From: Malacoraja senta
Lineage: Eukaryota
Length of the DNA: 64,000 bases
NCBI GenBank assembly: GCA_038087875.1
Contig: CM075998.1
Location: 5,396,001 to 5,460,000 of the forward strand
Direction: 5' to 3'
Every line of letters starts with the position of its first letter. Within the stretch, counting starts at the first letter, position 1. Under the pieces are notes generated by a model. The model searched no databases. It had not been told where the DNA came from and was given only the letters and a program-made list of their open reading frames with translations. Shown in pieces: positions 24,004 through 37,079 of the stretch. Position numbers and translations under genes: made by a program.

Positions 24004-24444
24004 TAATGGTGGAAGGTTGCTTCTCAGACTGGAGGCCTGTGACTAGTGGTGTGCCTCAGGGGTCGGTGCTGGGCCCGTTACTGTTTGTCATCTACATCAA
24101 TAATTTGGATGAGAACATACAGGGCAAGATTAGCAAGTTTGCTGATGATACAAAAGTGAGTGGTTTTGCAGATAGTGAAGATGGTTGTGAACGATTGCAG
24201 CAGGATCTGGATCGATTGGCCAGGTGGGCGGAGGAATGGTTGATGGAATACAGAGAAGTGTGAGGTGTTGCATTTTGGGATGTCGAACAAGGGCAGGACC
24301 TACACAGTAAATGGTCGGCCTCTGGGTAGTGTTGTAGAGCAGAGGGATCTAGGAGTACAGGTGCATGGTTCCTTGAAGGTCGAGTTGCAGGTAGATAAGG
24401 TGGTCAAAAAGGCTTTTGGCACTTTGGCCTTCATCAGTCAGAAT

Positions 24445-25269
24445 AAACATAGAAACATAGAAACATAGAAAATAGGTGCAGGAGTAGGCCATTCGGCCCT
24501 TCGAGCCTGCACCGCCATTCAATATGATCATGGCTGATCATCCAACTCAGTATCCTGTACCTGCCTTCTCTCCATACCTCCTGATCCCTTTAGCCACAAG
24601 GGCCACATCTAACTCCCTCTTAAATATAGCCAATGAACTGGCCTCAACTACCCTCTGTGGCAGAGAGTTCCAGAGATTCACCACTCTCTGTGTGAAAAAT
24701 GTTTTTCTCATCTTGGTCCTAAAGGATTTCCCCTTAATCCTTAAACTGTGACCCCTTGTCCTGGACTTCCACAACATTGGGAACAATCTTCCTGCATCTA
24801 GTCTGTCCAACCCCTTAAGAATTTTGTAAGTTTCTATAAGATCCCCCCTCAATCTTCTAAATTCTAGCGAGTACAAGCCGAGTCTATCCAGTCTTTCTTC
24901 ATATGAAAGTCCTGACATCCCAGGAATCAATCTGGTGAACCTTCTCTGTACTCCCTCTATGGCAAGAATGTCTTTCCTCAGATTTGGAGACCAAAACTGT
25001 ACTCAATACTCCAGGTGTGGTCTCACCAAGACCCTGTACAACTGCAGTAGAACCTCCCTGCTCCTATACTCAAATCCTTTTGCTATGAATGCTAACATAC
25101 CATTCGCTTTCTTCACTGCCTGCTGCACCTGCATGCCTACTTTCAATGACTGGTGTACCATGACACCCAGGTCTCGTTGCATCTCCCCTTTTCCTAATCG
25201 GCCACCATTCAGATAATAGTCTACTTTCCTGTTTTGGCCACCGAAGTGGATAACCTCACATTTATCCAC
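24445..25269 (-). mobile_element. CR1 3' fragment (same subfamily as 8821-11829)
   Basis: Near-identical to 8821-9636; (AACATAGA)n on plus strand. Confidence 0.92.
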
Positions 25270-26349
25270 TATTGAGTATCGAAGTTGGGAGGTCATGTTG
25301 CAGTTGTATAAGACGTTGGTGAGACTGCATTTAGAATATTGTGTTCAGTTCTGGACACCATGTTATAGGGAAGATATTGTCAAGCTTGAAAGGGTTCAGA
25401 AAAGATTTACGAGGATGTTGCTAGGACTAGAGGGTGTGAGCTATAGGGAGAGGATGAGTAGGCTGGGTCTCTAATCCTTGGAGCGCAGGAGGATGAGGGG
25501 AGATCTTATGGAGGTGTACAAAATCATGAGGAGAATAGATCGGGTAGATGCACAGAGTCTCTTGCCCAGAGTAGGGGAATCGAGGACCAGAAGACATAGG
25601 TTCAAGGTGAAGGGGAAAAGATTTAATAGGAATCTGAGGGGTAACTTTTTCACACAATGGTTGTATGGAACGAGCTGCCAGAGGAGGTAGTTGAGGCTGG
25701 GACTATCCCATCATTTAAGAAACAGTTAGACAGGTACATGGATAGGACAGGTTTGGAGGGATATGGACCAAACGCAGGCAGGTGGGACTAGTGTAGCTGG
25801 GACATTGTTGGCCGGTGTGGGCAGGTTGGGCCGAAGGGCCTGTTTCCACACTGTATCTCCAAAGTCTAAAGACTAAACCTGTCTGACTCACAGTATGAAG
25901 AAGGGTCTCGACCCGAAACGTCACCTATTCTTTTTCTCCAGAGATGCTGCCTGACCCGCTGAATTACTCCAGCTTATTGTGTCTATCTTTGGTTTAAACC
26001 AGCATCTGCAGTTCCTTCCCACACTTAGCTAGGAGATAGATAGATCTGATTGAATGACTGAATGAATGAATGAAAGAATGAATGAATGAAAGAATGGATG
26101 AATGGATGAATGAATGAATGAGAGAAAGATACAGCATGGATACAGCAAGAACCAGAGGCCATAGTCTTAAGGTGAGAGGGGCAAGATTTAATAGGAACCT
26201 GAGAGACAATTCTTTCACACAGAGGGTGGTGGGTGTATGGAACAAGCTGCCAGAGGAGGTAGTTGAGGCTGGGACTACAGTATAAGAACATTTAATTTAA
26301 TTTAGAGATACAGAATGGAAACAGGCCCTTCGGTCCACGCATCTCGTCT

Positions 26350-26750
26350 ATCCTTATCTTGTCTCTTCATCTCTGGCATTTGTTCCGATAATCTGCCTAT
26401 CATAACCCCTACCAGTCCTAAACCAGAACCTAAAACCTGCCCACCAGTCTGAAGAAACGTCACCTATCCATGTTCTCCACAGATGCTGCCTGACCCGCTG
26501 AGTTACTCCAGCACTCTGTGAAACGTCACCCATCCATGTTCTCCACAGATGCTGCCTGACCCGCTGAGTTACTCCAGCACTCTGTGAAACGTCACCTATC
26601 CATGTTCTCCACAGATGCTGCCTGACCCGCTGAGTTACTCCAGCACTCTGTGAAACGTCACCCATCCATGTTCTCCACAGATGCTGCCTGACCCGCTGAG
26701 TTACTCCAGCACCTTTTGACTTTTTTGGCAAACCAGCATCTGCAATTCCT
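26350..26750 (+). repeat. PLE 3' UTR remnant plus 66-bp array (4 units)
   Basis: CTGAAGAAACGTC at 26449 (stem II deleted); units at 26454, 26520, 26586, 26652. Confidence 0.88.
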
Positions 26751-26864
26751 CGATGTCTCCCGACACTAAATGCCCTGTGGATAGTTTTGAAGGGGCTAAA
26801 TATAATGCAATGATGAAGCAAATCGGAAGATGCTCAGTGACTGGAGCGCTGAGCATTGTTTCAG

Positions 26865-27075
26865 ATGCTGGAATAATGGAAGGTAGACAAAAATGCTGGA
26901 GAAACTCAGCGGGTGAGGCAGCGTCTATGGAGCGAAGGAAGAGGTGATATTTCGGGTCGAGACCCTTCTTCAGACTGTTTCCTTCGCTCCATAGATGCTG
27001 CCTCACCCGCTGAGTTTCTCCAGCATTTTTGTCTACCTTCGATTTTTCCAGCATCTGCAGTTCTTTCTTAAACAC
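26865..27075. mobile_element. Palindromic PLE terminal-repeat element
   Basis: Inverted arms GAAGGTAGACAAAAATGCTGGAGAAACTCAGCGGGTGAGG and CCTCACCCGCTGAGTTTCTCCAGCATTTTTGTCTACCTTC around a hammerhead complement. Confidence 0.75.
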
Positions 27076-27574
27076 TCTGACAGAGAGTGGTCACCAACAG
27101 CTACATTGCACACTGCAAGAGGTAATGAACAAATCACTAGATCAAGTTATAGCCATTATCTTTTGAACAGTTCCACGATAGATTTGACATGCATCCAAGT
27201 AGGGTCCACTATTCAGTCTCTCACGGCTAAAGTGCAGTGTTCCCTTTATCCTGTATACTGTACACTGTGAATCGCGATTGTAATCATGTATTGTCTTTCC
27301 GCTGACTGGTTAGCACGCAACAAAAAGCGTTTCACTGTACCTCAGCACACGGGACAATAATCAACTAACCTAAACTAAAACTAGACTAAACTAAAGTAAA
27401 CCGAGCTTAGCTGGGCTGCGCGGATGGGGTTTTATGGGGCTTGAACCTATAACCTTTTGATGTAAGGGCAGGAGCCCAAGCTACTGAACCCAGGCTGACA
27501 GCCAAACATGATTGATCGGTGGAAATGGCTCCTCAGTCTCCTCAGTCTCCTCAGTCTCCTCGAGCAACCAGACT

Positions 27575-27760
27575 AGCCGTGTTGTCGAAGAAACGCAGTG
27601 AAACCCACCACCATGTAAAGATGGCAATCCCAACCACGGAACAGCCACCACCTGGTCACAGGTGAGACTGGAAGACCTGGAAGTCCCTCAACCGGCTTCG
27701 TACAGGGATGGGCCGCTGCAAGACCAACGTGAGCAAATGGGGCTAATGTGAATGTGGACC
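27575..27760 (+). mobile_element. Vingi/Ingi-like LINE C-terminal fragment
   Basis: Translation PPGH.*DWKTWKSLNRLRTGMGRCKTNVSKWG*CECG matches the LNRLRTG...WG...CxCG pattern of Vingi-type RT C-termini. Confidence 0.6.
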
Positions 27761-27765
27761 TCGAC

Positions 27766-28072
27766 GGCACGGTGGCACAGCGGTAGAGTTGCTGCCTTAC
27801 AGCGCTTGCAGCGCCAGAGACCCTGGTTCCATCCCGACTACGGGTGCCGTCTGTACGGAGTTTGTACGTTCTCCCCGTGACCTGCTTGGGTTTTCTCCGG
27901 GTGCTCCGGTTTCCTCCCACGCTCCAAAGACGTACAGGTTTGTATGTTGATTGGCTTCGGTGAAATTGTAAATTGTCCCTAGTGTGTGTAGGATAGTGTT
28001 AGTGTGCAGGCATCGCTGGTCAGCGCGGACTGGGTGGGCCGAAGGGCCTGTTTCTGCGCTGTATCTCTAAAA
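27766..28072 (+). mobile_element. V-SINE (HE1-like)
   Basis: A/B boxes, core and tail. Confidence 0.85.
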
Positions 28073-28336
28073 GCAATCTAAAAAACAATCCTCTCCACAT
28101 TCACTCTATCCAGGCCTTTCACTATTCGGTAAGTTTCAATGAGTTGTTCTTACAACTTTGTTTGTGGGACGCCGTCGCTGACTCCCCCCAGCCCCCTCTC
28201 CGGTCCTGGAGGGGTGAGCAGGGGCCGGGCTTGGTGACGGGTTTCCCAGGCCTTGCACGTGGCACAGAGCTCCCAGACCCCACCGGCCGCTTCTCTTGAG
28301 CACGTGCAGAGCCCTGCCTCTTGTGGCGACACCAGG

Positions 28337-28742
28337 CATTGCAGGTGCTGGAACCCTGAGCCAGGCACAGAGTGCTGGAGGAACTCAGCGGGTCGGGCAG
28401 CATCTGTGGAGAATATGAATGGGTGATGTTTCAGGTCGGGACCACTCTTCAGACATCTTTGAAGGGTCTCGACTTGAAACATAACCCCAATCTTTTTTTC
28501 CACAGATGCTGCCTGACCCGCTGAGTTACTCCAGCACTCTGTGAAACGTCACCTATCCATGTTCTCCACAGATGCTGCCTGACCCGCTGAGTTACTCCAG
28601 CACTCTGTGAAACGTCACCTATCCATGTTCTCCACAGATGCTGCCTGACCCGCTGAGTTACTCCAGCACTCTGTGAAACGTCACCTATCCATGTTCTCCA
28701 CAGATGCTGCCTGACCCGCTGGGTTACTCCAGCACTCTGTCT
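28337..28742 (+). repeat. Diverged PLE palindrome containing 66-bp array (~3.5 units)
   Basis: Units at 28543, 28609, 28675; diverged inverted arm 28337-28455. Confidence 0.85.
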
Positions 28743-28907
28743 ATTCCCTGCAAATACTAGGTGGATACACCTGATGGAGGGTTTGATTGGGACAGGAACT
28801 GACAATGGCTAGAGGTGAAAAGGAGACAAAATGGTGGCAGCATGCCATTGCTTGTGTCTTAACTTGCCTGACTGGCATTGACCAATGAATTCAGCAGTAA
28901 ACCTTTA

Positions 28908-29185
28908 TGAGATACAGCATGGAAACAGGCCCTTTGGCCCATCGAGACCGCGCAGACCAGCGATCACCCCGTACATTCGCACTATCTTACACACTAGGGA
29001 CACTACTGAAGCCAATTAACCTACAAACCTGTAGTGTGGGGGGAAAGCGGAGCACCCGGAGAAATCCCACGCAGGTCACGGGGAGAACGTGGAAACTCCG
29101 CACAGACAGCACCCGTGGTCGGCATCGAACCCGGGTCTCTGGTGCTGTGAGGCAGCAACTCTACCGCTGCTCCACCGTGACGCCC
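28908..29185 (-). mobile_element. V-SINE (HE1-like)
   Basis: Reverse-complement SINE. Confidence 0.82.
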
Positions 29186-29199
29186 ACTAACATGATGGG

Positions 29200-29665
29200 T
29201 GGATACAGTGATGGGGATTTGGTCGACAATTGGGTGGACTATTGCTCGAGATGAAAAGGAGACGCAAGGATGCCAGGCAAGGAGATCGGAGGAGTGAAAT
29301 AGTGGAATGTAAAGCTGTAGAGGGAGAGATACAGGTGGAAGGGGTTGGGGGGAAGGGGGAAAGGAGGGGGAGGGTGGTGGGATAGTGGGAGAAATGTGTG
29401 CGCATCCTGCTAGGGCACAGGATAGAGAGGGGGGAGGGGGTGGCGAGGACAAAGGGGAAGGTGTGCTGCCGAAAATTGGAGAATTCAACGTTCATACCGA
29501 AGATAGACACAAGATGCTGGAGTAACTCAGCGGGACAGGCAGCATCTCTGGAGAGAAGGAATGGGTGACGTTTCGGGTCGAGACTCTTCTTCAGACTGGG
29601 TTCATACCATTGGGTTGTAAGCTACCTAAGCAGAATACGAGGTGCTGCTCCTCCAGTTTGCGAAA
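29200..29665 (-). mobile_element. Penelope-like element 3' pieces (GIY-YIG C-terminus, UTR, terminal repeat)
   Basis: RKLEEQHLVFCLGSLQPNGMN and GMNVEFSNFR on the minus strand; hammerhead motif at ~29565-29596. Confidence 0.75.
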
Positions 29666-30020
29666 CATATGAGAGGAATAGATCGGGTAGATGCACAGAA
29701 TCTCTTGCACCACAGTAGGGGAATCGAGGACCAGAGGACATAGGTTTAAAGGAAGGGGGAAAAGATTTAATAGGAATCTGAAGGGTAACTTTTTCACACA
29801 GAGGGTGGTGTGTGTATGGAACAAGCTGCCAGAGGAGGTAGTTGAGGTTGGGACTATCCCAACGTTTAAGAAATGGTTAGACAGGTACATGGATAGGACA
29901 GGTTTGGAGGGATATGGACCAAACGCAGGCAGGTGGGACTAATGTAGCTGGGACATGTTGGTCGGTGTGGGCAAGTTGGGCCGAAGGGCCTGTTTCCACA
30001 CTGTATCACTCTGTGACTCT
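29666..30020 (+). mobile_element. CR1 3' fragment
   Basis: VGESRTRGHRFK...FFTQRVV..WNKLPEEVV plus tail. Confidence 0.88.
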
Positions 30021-30579
30021 ATATGTTATGTTTTTGGGAAGAACGTTTGCCTGTACTTTCAAAGCTCTGCGATATCACAGATAATGGAGGTTTCACCGCG
30101 TGGCGCTCCAAGCTATTTAGAAACTAGACTGTGTTCGTAACCTCGGCAACTTGGAGGGAGGGCTCAGGTCAGGAAGAAGTATTTTAATTGTCCAGACAAG
30201 GTGGGGTTTTATTGGATGAGTTTCTGGGCTGTAACTCGTCTGTGGTGGAAATGAGCATCACAGCGTTAATGTATTTCCAAATAATTTAGTTTTAATACTC
30301 TCTGCCTTTGAAGATGTTCCTTGCCGTCACCATCACCACGTCAGCCCGAATAGACCCTTCCATTTCATCTATCAGTGCAGACAGCGGCCAAATGCAAACA
30401 TTCCCATTAAACTCAATTGAAAGCATGTGGGGCGGCCATGAATGACATTTTGAGTACAGTCAGACGAAAGCTCGCTCCATCAAAACAAAAACGGGTGGTC
30501 GGTACATCCTCCGCAGCGCTCCCTCGTAAATGTTGCCGGGGATCTGTCCACTCGGTGATGGAGAAGCTGATCTTTATAT

Positions 30580-30940
30580 CGAGCTATGGAAAATCATGAG
30601 AGGAATCCAGGAGTAGACACAGAGTCTCTTGCCCAGAGTAGGGGGATCGAGGATACGAGGACATAGGTTCAAGGTGAAGGGGAAAAGATGTAATAGGAAT
30701 CTGAGGGGTAACTTTTCCACACAAAGGGTGGTGGGTGTATGGAACAAGCTGCCAGAGGAGGTAGTTGAGGCTGGGACTATCCCAACGTTTAAGTAACAAT
30801 TAGACAGGTACATGGATAGGACAGGTTTGGAGGGATATGGACCAAACGCAGGCAGGTGGGACTAGTGTAGCTGGGACATGTTGGGCGGTGTGGGCAAGTT
30901 GGGCCGAAGGGCCTGTTTCCACACTGTAACACTCCATGAC
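30580..30940 (+). mobile_element. CR1 3' fragment
   Basis: Same CR1 3' end as 46720-47075. Confidence 0.88.
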
Positions 30941-31492
30941 TTTAAGCAAAAACAATGGCCGCCATCTCCTCACTGAGGCCAAACAATGGTGGACAACATT
31001 GTTGGTGAAAGTGTTCAGCATCAAACCAGACTCTCTTACGCCGGTTATCTTTGTAGACGGGGGGGGGGGGGGGCAATATATGAAGACCTTAGAGTAAGAG
31101 TCATGGATTCATACTGGTCCTATTCTCATTATATAATGTTGTGATCAGCGTGAGAGCATGAGAGTTTTGTGAAATGCGTGAGTCTCACGCGCAATGCGTG
31201 AGAGTTGGCAGCCCTGCTAATAATGCAAACATTTTATGCAAGTTCCAATTGTTTGGACAAAAATCACTTATTACTGCTTTATAACAGTTAAGTTACATTA
31301 AGACCATTTCAGAAATTATGGCAGTCAACAAAAAATCAACTAACAAATTAAAGCAAACTAAAAGAAAATAACATGTTCCCTTTCCTGACTCTACCTCATA
31401 AGTACTTTACCGCTGTTAACAGAGCAAAGGGATATTAATCTCAAGAATCAAAATGGGGAAAGTGAGGGCAATTTTGCTTAAATGCTCATTCT

Positions 31493-32168
31493 TTTTTTTT
31501 TTTTTTTTTTTTTACTTGTCATTTATAACCTTTCCTTACAATTAATGCTACTCCATTATTTTTCTAGAAAAGGAAAAGATTGAAAGAAAGAAGAAAGTGA
31601 AGGAAAAAGTGAAAGTGTAGGAAATGTGACAACAAAAAAGGACGAAGACCCTATAAGAGCAAAATGAAAAACAAAAGAAAAAGAGTTAAGAAATAGACCC
31701 TAGGAAAGAAAGAAAGAGAGAAAGAGGAAGAGAGAGAAACAAATATTTTTATGAGCATTACGTAAATGGGACATACCAGCTCTTCAACTATCATCCCCAC
31801 TTACCTGACCTCAAATTTTTTTTTTTTTTAAGTACTTTTGCACCCTATGTTTGTAATAATTCTATAAATGCAGACCACGTCAGGTGGAAGTGATCTGGTT
31901 TACCTGCCAGGAGGAGTCTTATCTCTTCTAGGTGTAATGTTTCAAACATATTTGAAATCCACATATTTATAGTTGGTATTGGAGCCTTCTTCCAAAATTT
32001 AGAATTAGCTTTTTTCCAGTTATTAACCCATAGTCCATTAGTTTCTTTTGAAACACATTTAGATCTGGACCAATCTTCCGTTATACCGAAGATAATCCAT
32101 TCTGCTTTGGGTATCAGTCTTGTTTTAAATAACTTTGTAAAGATTTCAAAAATTTCATTCCAAAAATT
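31493..32168 (-). mobile_element. L1-clade LINE 3' end
   Basis: Poly(T) at 31492-31513; minus translation GLITGKKLILKFWKKAPIPTINMWISNMFETLHLEEIR...TWSAFI; 15-bp TSD TTAAATG(C/A)TCATTCT at 31478-31492 and 32169-32183. Confidence 0.85.
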
Positions 32169-32369
32169 TTAAATGATCATTCTAAGCCCATTCAGATCAG
32201 CATAGTCAGAGTTATACAACGTACATGGCTGGCCCAATTTGTCCATAATGATCAAGTTGGCATTCTGCGTGCCCAGGGACTGGCTGCCGTTCCCAGATCA
32301 GCTCGCGTCCCAGGGACTGGCTGCAGTTCTCAGGTCGGCTTGCCTGTCCCGACCCCGTGAAAACGAATT

Positions 32370-32419
32370 GAAAAACCCCCCGCGGTTTTTCGGGTTACGG
32401 GCCGGATTCGGCCCGTGTG
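32370..32419 (-). mobile_element. hAT (Charlie-like) transposon terminus
   Basis: Reverse complement CAGGGTTCGGCAACCTACGGCACACGGGCCGAATCCGGCCC; partner end not found. Other orphan CAGGGCTGCCAAC-type ends at ~31215 and ~32585. Confidence 0.5.
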
Positions 32420-32607
32420 CCGTAGGTTGCCGAACCCTGTCCTAGATGTTTGGCCTCATTGTGGTCCCCCCCATGTTTTACAACCAATTCACCTGGTTAG
32501 TTCTATCTCCGGCTGCTTCATGTTGCCGGCGGCTGCACATCCAACCAAGAAAGAAGAGAAGAGAAGTTGAGAGTTGGCAGCCCTGTCTAAGGCCAGGATG
32601 TGACAAA

Positions 32608-33300
32608 CAGACACACAGGGAGACACATACACACACACACACACACACACAGGGAGACACATACACAAAGGAAGACACACACACACACACACACAGGGAG
32701 ACAGACACACACACACACAGGGAGACACACACACAAAGGAAGACACACACACACACACACACACACACAGGGAGACAGACACACACACACGGGGAGACAC
32801 ACACACACACACACACACACAGAGACACACATACACACAGGGAGACACACAGACACGCACACACACACAGGGAGACACACACACACAGGAAGACACACAC
32901 ACACACACAGGGAGACACACACACACACAGGGAGACACATACACAAAGAAGACACACACACACACACACACACACACAGGGAGACAGACACACACACACA
33001 CAGGGAGACACACAGACACACACACAGGGAGACACACAGACACACACACGGGGAGACACACACACACACACACAGAGACACACATACACACAGGGAGACA
33101 CACAGACACGCACACACACACAGGGAGACACACACACACAGGGAGACACACACACACACAGGGAGACACACACACACAGGGAGACACACACACAGGGAGA
33201 CACATACACAAAGGAAGACACACACACACAGGGAGACAGACACACACACACACACAGGGAGACACACACACACACACACACGGGGAGACACGCAGACACA
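32608..33300. repeat. Compound (CA)n-GGGAGA microsatellite
   Basis: Direct inspection. Confidence 0.95.
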
Positions 33301-34363
33301 CTCCTTCAAATGCACCCACACCAAATAACTTATCTTTTCTTTTATTCCACTTTTTAATTTAATTTTAATCTCAAGTTTTTGTGTTGCTATTGTGTGTTGT
33401 GACTGTTGGCAGACCAATTCCCTCTGGGGATGAATAAAGTTCTAACGTATTGTATCATATGCACCGATTCTTCTATCCAGAGATGCTGCCTGTCCCGCTG
33501 AGTTACTCCAGCAATTTTATATCTGTCCATTCCTTAATCTTTTGAGTTTAACATGACTGGAATTCAAAAGACCAGCCAGCGGAAACCAAGAGCTCATCGT
33601 CTTCCAAAATTATCTGAGGCAGTTTACAGGCCTGAAAAACCGTGACAGTGGCCTGTTGACCCCTCTGTGGCCCTGGCCCCGAGCTCAGCCCACCGGCCTT
33701 CCCTCAGCGCTGAGCGTTCAACCTGCTGAGCAAGGGTGACCACTTGCACCCTGCACTGATATCCGTGGCTGTGGCTTCGTTCACAAACAGCAAACGAGGC
33801 CCTCTCATGCCCCAGTCGTGCCCGTCCGCTCAATTTGGTCGACTGGAGCGCGGGCCATTCATAATTTATAGTGTGTGGTCTATTTTAAAAAGCAGCGCAT
33901 GCTGCTCGACTTCAAAGCCAAGCTGTGTTTGTTATTCGAGGGTAAGAAATATGTACTCACTTCATTAACCATAAATAATTTAATACCCTTCCATACAATT
34001 TAAAGATCTCCAACTTGCATATGATACACATTTGGTTCTGAGAACGTCAGTTAATCACCAGTATAAATTATGTGATTCTACATTATAAATATACATTGAA
34101 TTTGTGTGTGTGTGTGTGTGGGTGGCAAGAGTCTCCTGCACATTAACTGCAGGCTATTCCCCCTTAATTGGCCGCTTTATTGGGAAGGTTCAATGAGAAT
34201 TAATGGCACAAAGTGCTCTGGCAGTCAAAGATGCAAAACGCACGGAGTCATAGCGTCGTAGAGTGATACAGTGTGGATACAGGCCCCTCGGCCCAACTTG
34301 CCACACCGGCCAACAATTTCCCAGCTACCATAGCCCCACCTGCCTGCGTTTGGCCCATATCCC

Positions 34364-36780
34364 TCATAGAATCATAGAATCATAGAAAGTAGGTTGCGAG
34401 AGCAGACCACCAGGTCCATCGAGCCCGCACCGCCATTCGCTCATGGCTGAACACCAAAACAAACACCCCCACCCACAAACAGTAGACACAAGACACGAAC
34501 ACAAGACACTACCCTCCCCTTTATACCGCTATCACCCCTCTCCACCCCAAGAACCGCGTGATCTCCTGGGGGAGGCAAAAAACGGATAAAAACCCAGGTC
34601 CAATTCGGAAAAAAATCCGGGAAATTCCTCTCCGACCCCAATCCAGGCGATCGACACTTGTCCAGGAGATCACTCAGGTCTTACTATAACTAACCCTACC
34701 TAGGTCCATATCCCTGCCCTCTCCCCGTAGCCCCTTATCCCCTTGGCAGCTAAAAAAACATCTATTTTAGACTTAAATATATTTAATGTTTCTGCTTCCA
34801 CTGCTCCCTGGGGCAGTGAATTCCATAAATTAACCACCCTCTGGGTGAAGAAGTTCTTCCCTCATCTCAGTTTTAAAAGAGCCCCCCCTTATTCTGCCAA
34901 CTATGTCCCCTAGTTCTAGTTTCCCCGATCATTGGGAACATCCTTGGTGCATCCACCCGATCAAGGCCCCTCACGATCTTATATGTTTCAATGAGATCGC
35001 TCTCATTCTTCTAAACTCCAAAGAGTAGAGTTCCAGCCTACTTTAACCTTTCCTCATATGTCAATCCCCTCATTGCAGGAATTAATCTTGTTAAACCTTC
35101 GCTGCACTGCCTCCAGGGCCAGTACATCCTTTCTTAAGTATGGACCCCAGAACTGTACACAGTATTCCAAATGTGGTCTCACTAATACTGTGTACAGCTG
35201 CAGCAAGACATCCGTGTTTTTTATACTCAATCCCCCTAGCAATAAAGGCCAAAACTCCATTGGCCTTCCTGATAGCTTGCTGCACCTGCATACTAACTTT
35301 TAGTGATTCATGTACTACTACCCCTAGATCCCTTGCGTTGCATTACAGCGCAGCTCCTCCTCATTTAGAAAATAACTTGCCCTATCATTTTTTTTTTCCC
35401 AAAGTGAATGACTTCACATTTATTAGTATTAAATTTCATCTGCCAAGTTGTTGCCCACTCACCTAGCTTATCTATATCCTTTTGCAGACTCTTCCTATCC
35501 TCCTCATCCCTACTTTTCTTCCCATTTTTGTATCGTCCGCAAATTTTGATATATTACACTTGGTTCCCTCCTCCAAATCATTTATATAAATTGTGAACAA
35601 CTGGGGTCCCAGCACCGACCCTTGCGGAACCCGCTAGTTACCGGTTGCCATCCCGAGTATGACCATTTATCCCCACTCTCTGCTTCCTATTTGTTAGCCA
35701 ATCCTCTACCCATGCTAATATATTACCCCCAATCCCATAATTTTTTATTTTTAGCAATAGTCTCTTAGTGGCACCTTGTCAAAAGCCTTTTGGAAGTCCA
35801 AGTATACCACATCCACCGGTTCCCCTTTATCCACCCGGGTTGTTACTTCCTCAAAGAATTCGAGCAGATTCGTTAAACAGGACTTCCCCTTCACAAAACC
35901 ATGCTGGTTCTGTCCGATGAAGTCATGTTTATCCAAGTGCCCCGTTAGTGTTTCTTTAATAATTGTCTCTAACATTTTACCCACCACCGATGTTAGACTA
36001 ACCGGTCTATAGTTACCCGCCTTCTGTTTACTTCCTTTTTTAAATATAGGTGTTACATTGGCCATTTTCCAATCCACTGGGACCGTTCCTGCCTCCAGGG
36101 AGTTTTGGAAAATTATCACCAATGCATCCACAATCCCACCGCTATCTCCCTCAAGAACCTTGGATGTAATCCTTCAGGCCAGGGGATTTATCTCCTTCAG
36201 TCTCATTAATTTCCCTAATACCACCTCCTTGGTGATCTTAATAGTATTTAGCTCCTCCATTCCTACCGCCCCCTGTTTATCCAGCGTTGGAATATTTTTT
36301 GTGTCTTCTATGGTGAAGACTGATACAAAATACTCGTTTAATGCCTTTGCCATTTCCATGTTCCCCACCAACAACTCTCCAGTCTCACCCTCCAATGGAC
36401 CAACGTTCACCTTAGCCACCCTTTTTCTTTTTATATAGCTATAAAAACTCTTACTATTAGTTTTTATGTTGTTCGCTAAATTCCTTTCATAGTCTATTTT
36501 CCCCGTCTTAATTAATCTCTTAGTTATTTTTTGCTGACCTTTAAATGCTTCCCAATCCTCTACCCTCCCACTATCTCTGGCTACCTTATATGCCCTTGCC
36601 TTCAGCCGAATACTATCCTTTATAGTTTACTGAGCCATGGCTGACTGTTCTTACCCTTACCCCTTTTTTTCTTCATAGGAATAAATTTTTCTTGAAGGTT
36701 ATACAGTAGATCCTTAAACGTACACCACTGCTCATGTACCGTCTTATTCTTGAGTCTGCTATCCAGTCAACTTTGATCAG
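34364..36780 (-). mobile_element. CR1 LINE (distinct subfamily, long 3' UTR) inserted in another CR1 tail
   Basis: ORFs with NYRPVSLTS, QHGFVKGKSCLTNL, LDFQKAFDKVP, VRPHLEYC; (ATTCTATG)n tail; host CR1 tail resumes at 36781. Confidence 0.92.
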
Positions 36781-37079
36781 CTCCCTCCAAACCTGTCCTA
36801 TCCATGTACCTGTCTAACTGTTTCTTAAACGTCGGGATAGTCCCAGCCTCAACTACCTCCTCTGGCAGCTTGTTCCATACACCCACCACCCTCTGTGTGA
36901 AAAAGTTACCCCTCAGATTCCTGTTGAGATGCAGACACAGTCTCATGCCCGGATTAGGGGAATCGAGAGCCAGAATCCGTAGGTTTAAGGAGAGGGGGAA
37001 AGATTTACTAGGAATCCGAGGGGTAACTTTTTCACACAAAGGGTGGTGGGTGTATGGAACGAGCTGCCGGAGGAGGGAG

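Larger units (their letters stand above)
23227..25860 (+). mobile_element. CR1 RT/3' region interrupted by a MITE and a second CR1
   Basis: Colinear with the uninterrupted copy at 45750-47075; segments 23227-23503, 24007-24444 and 25270-25860. Confidence 0.9.

Noticed and set aside
31200..32585. GAGAGTTGGCAGCCCTG pair as the TIRs of one element
   Set aside because: The two copies are in direct, not inverted, orientation and no TSD pair is seen.
32446..33417. 270-300 aa His/Thr or Cys/Val ORFs
   Set aside because: Translations of a (CA)n compound microsatellite.
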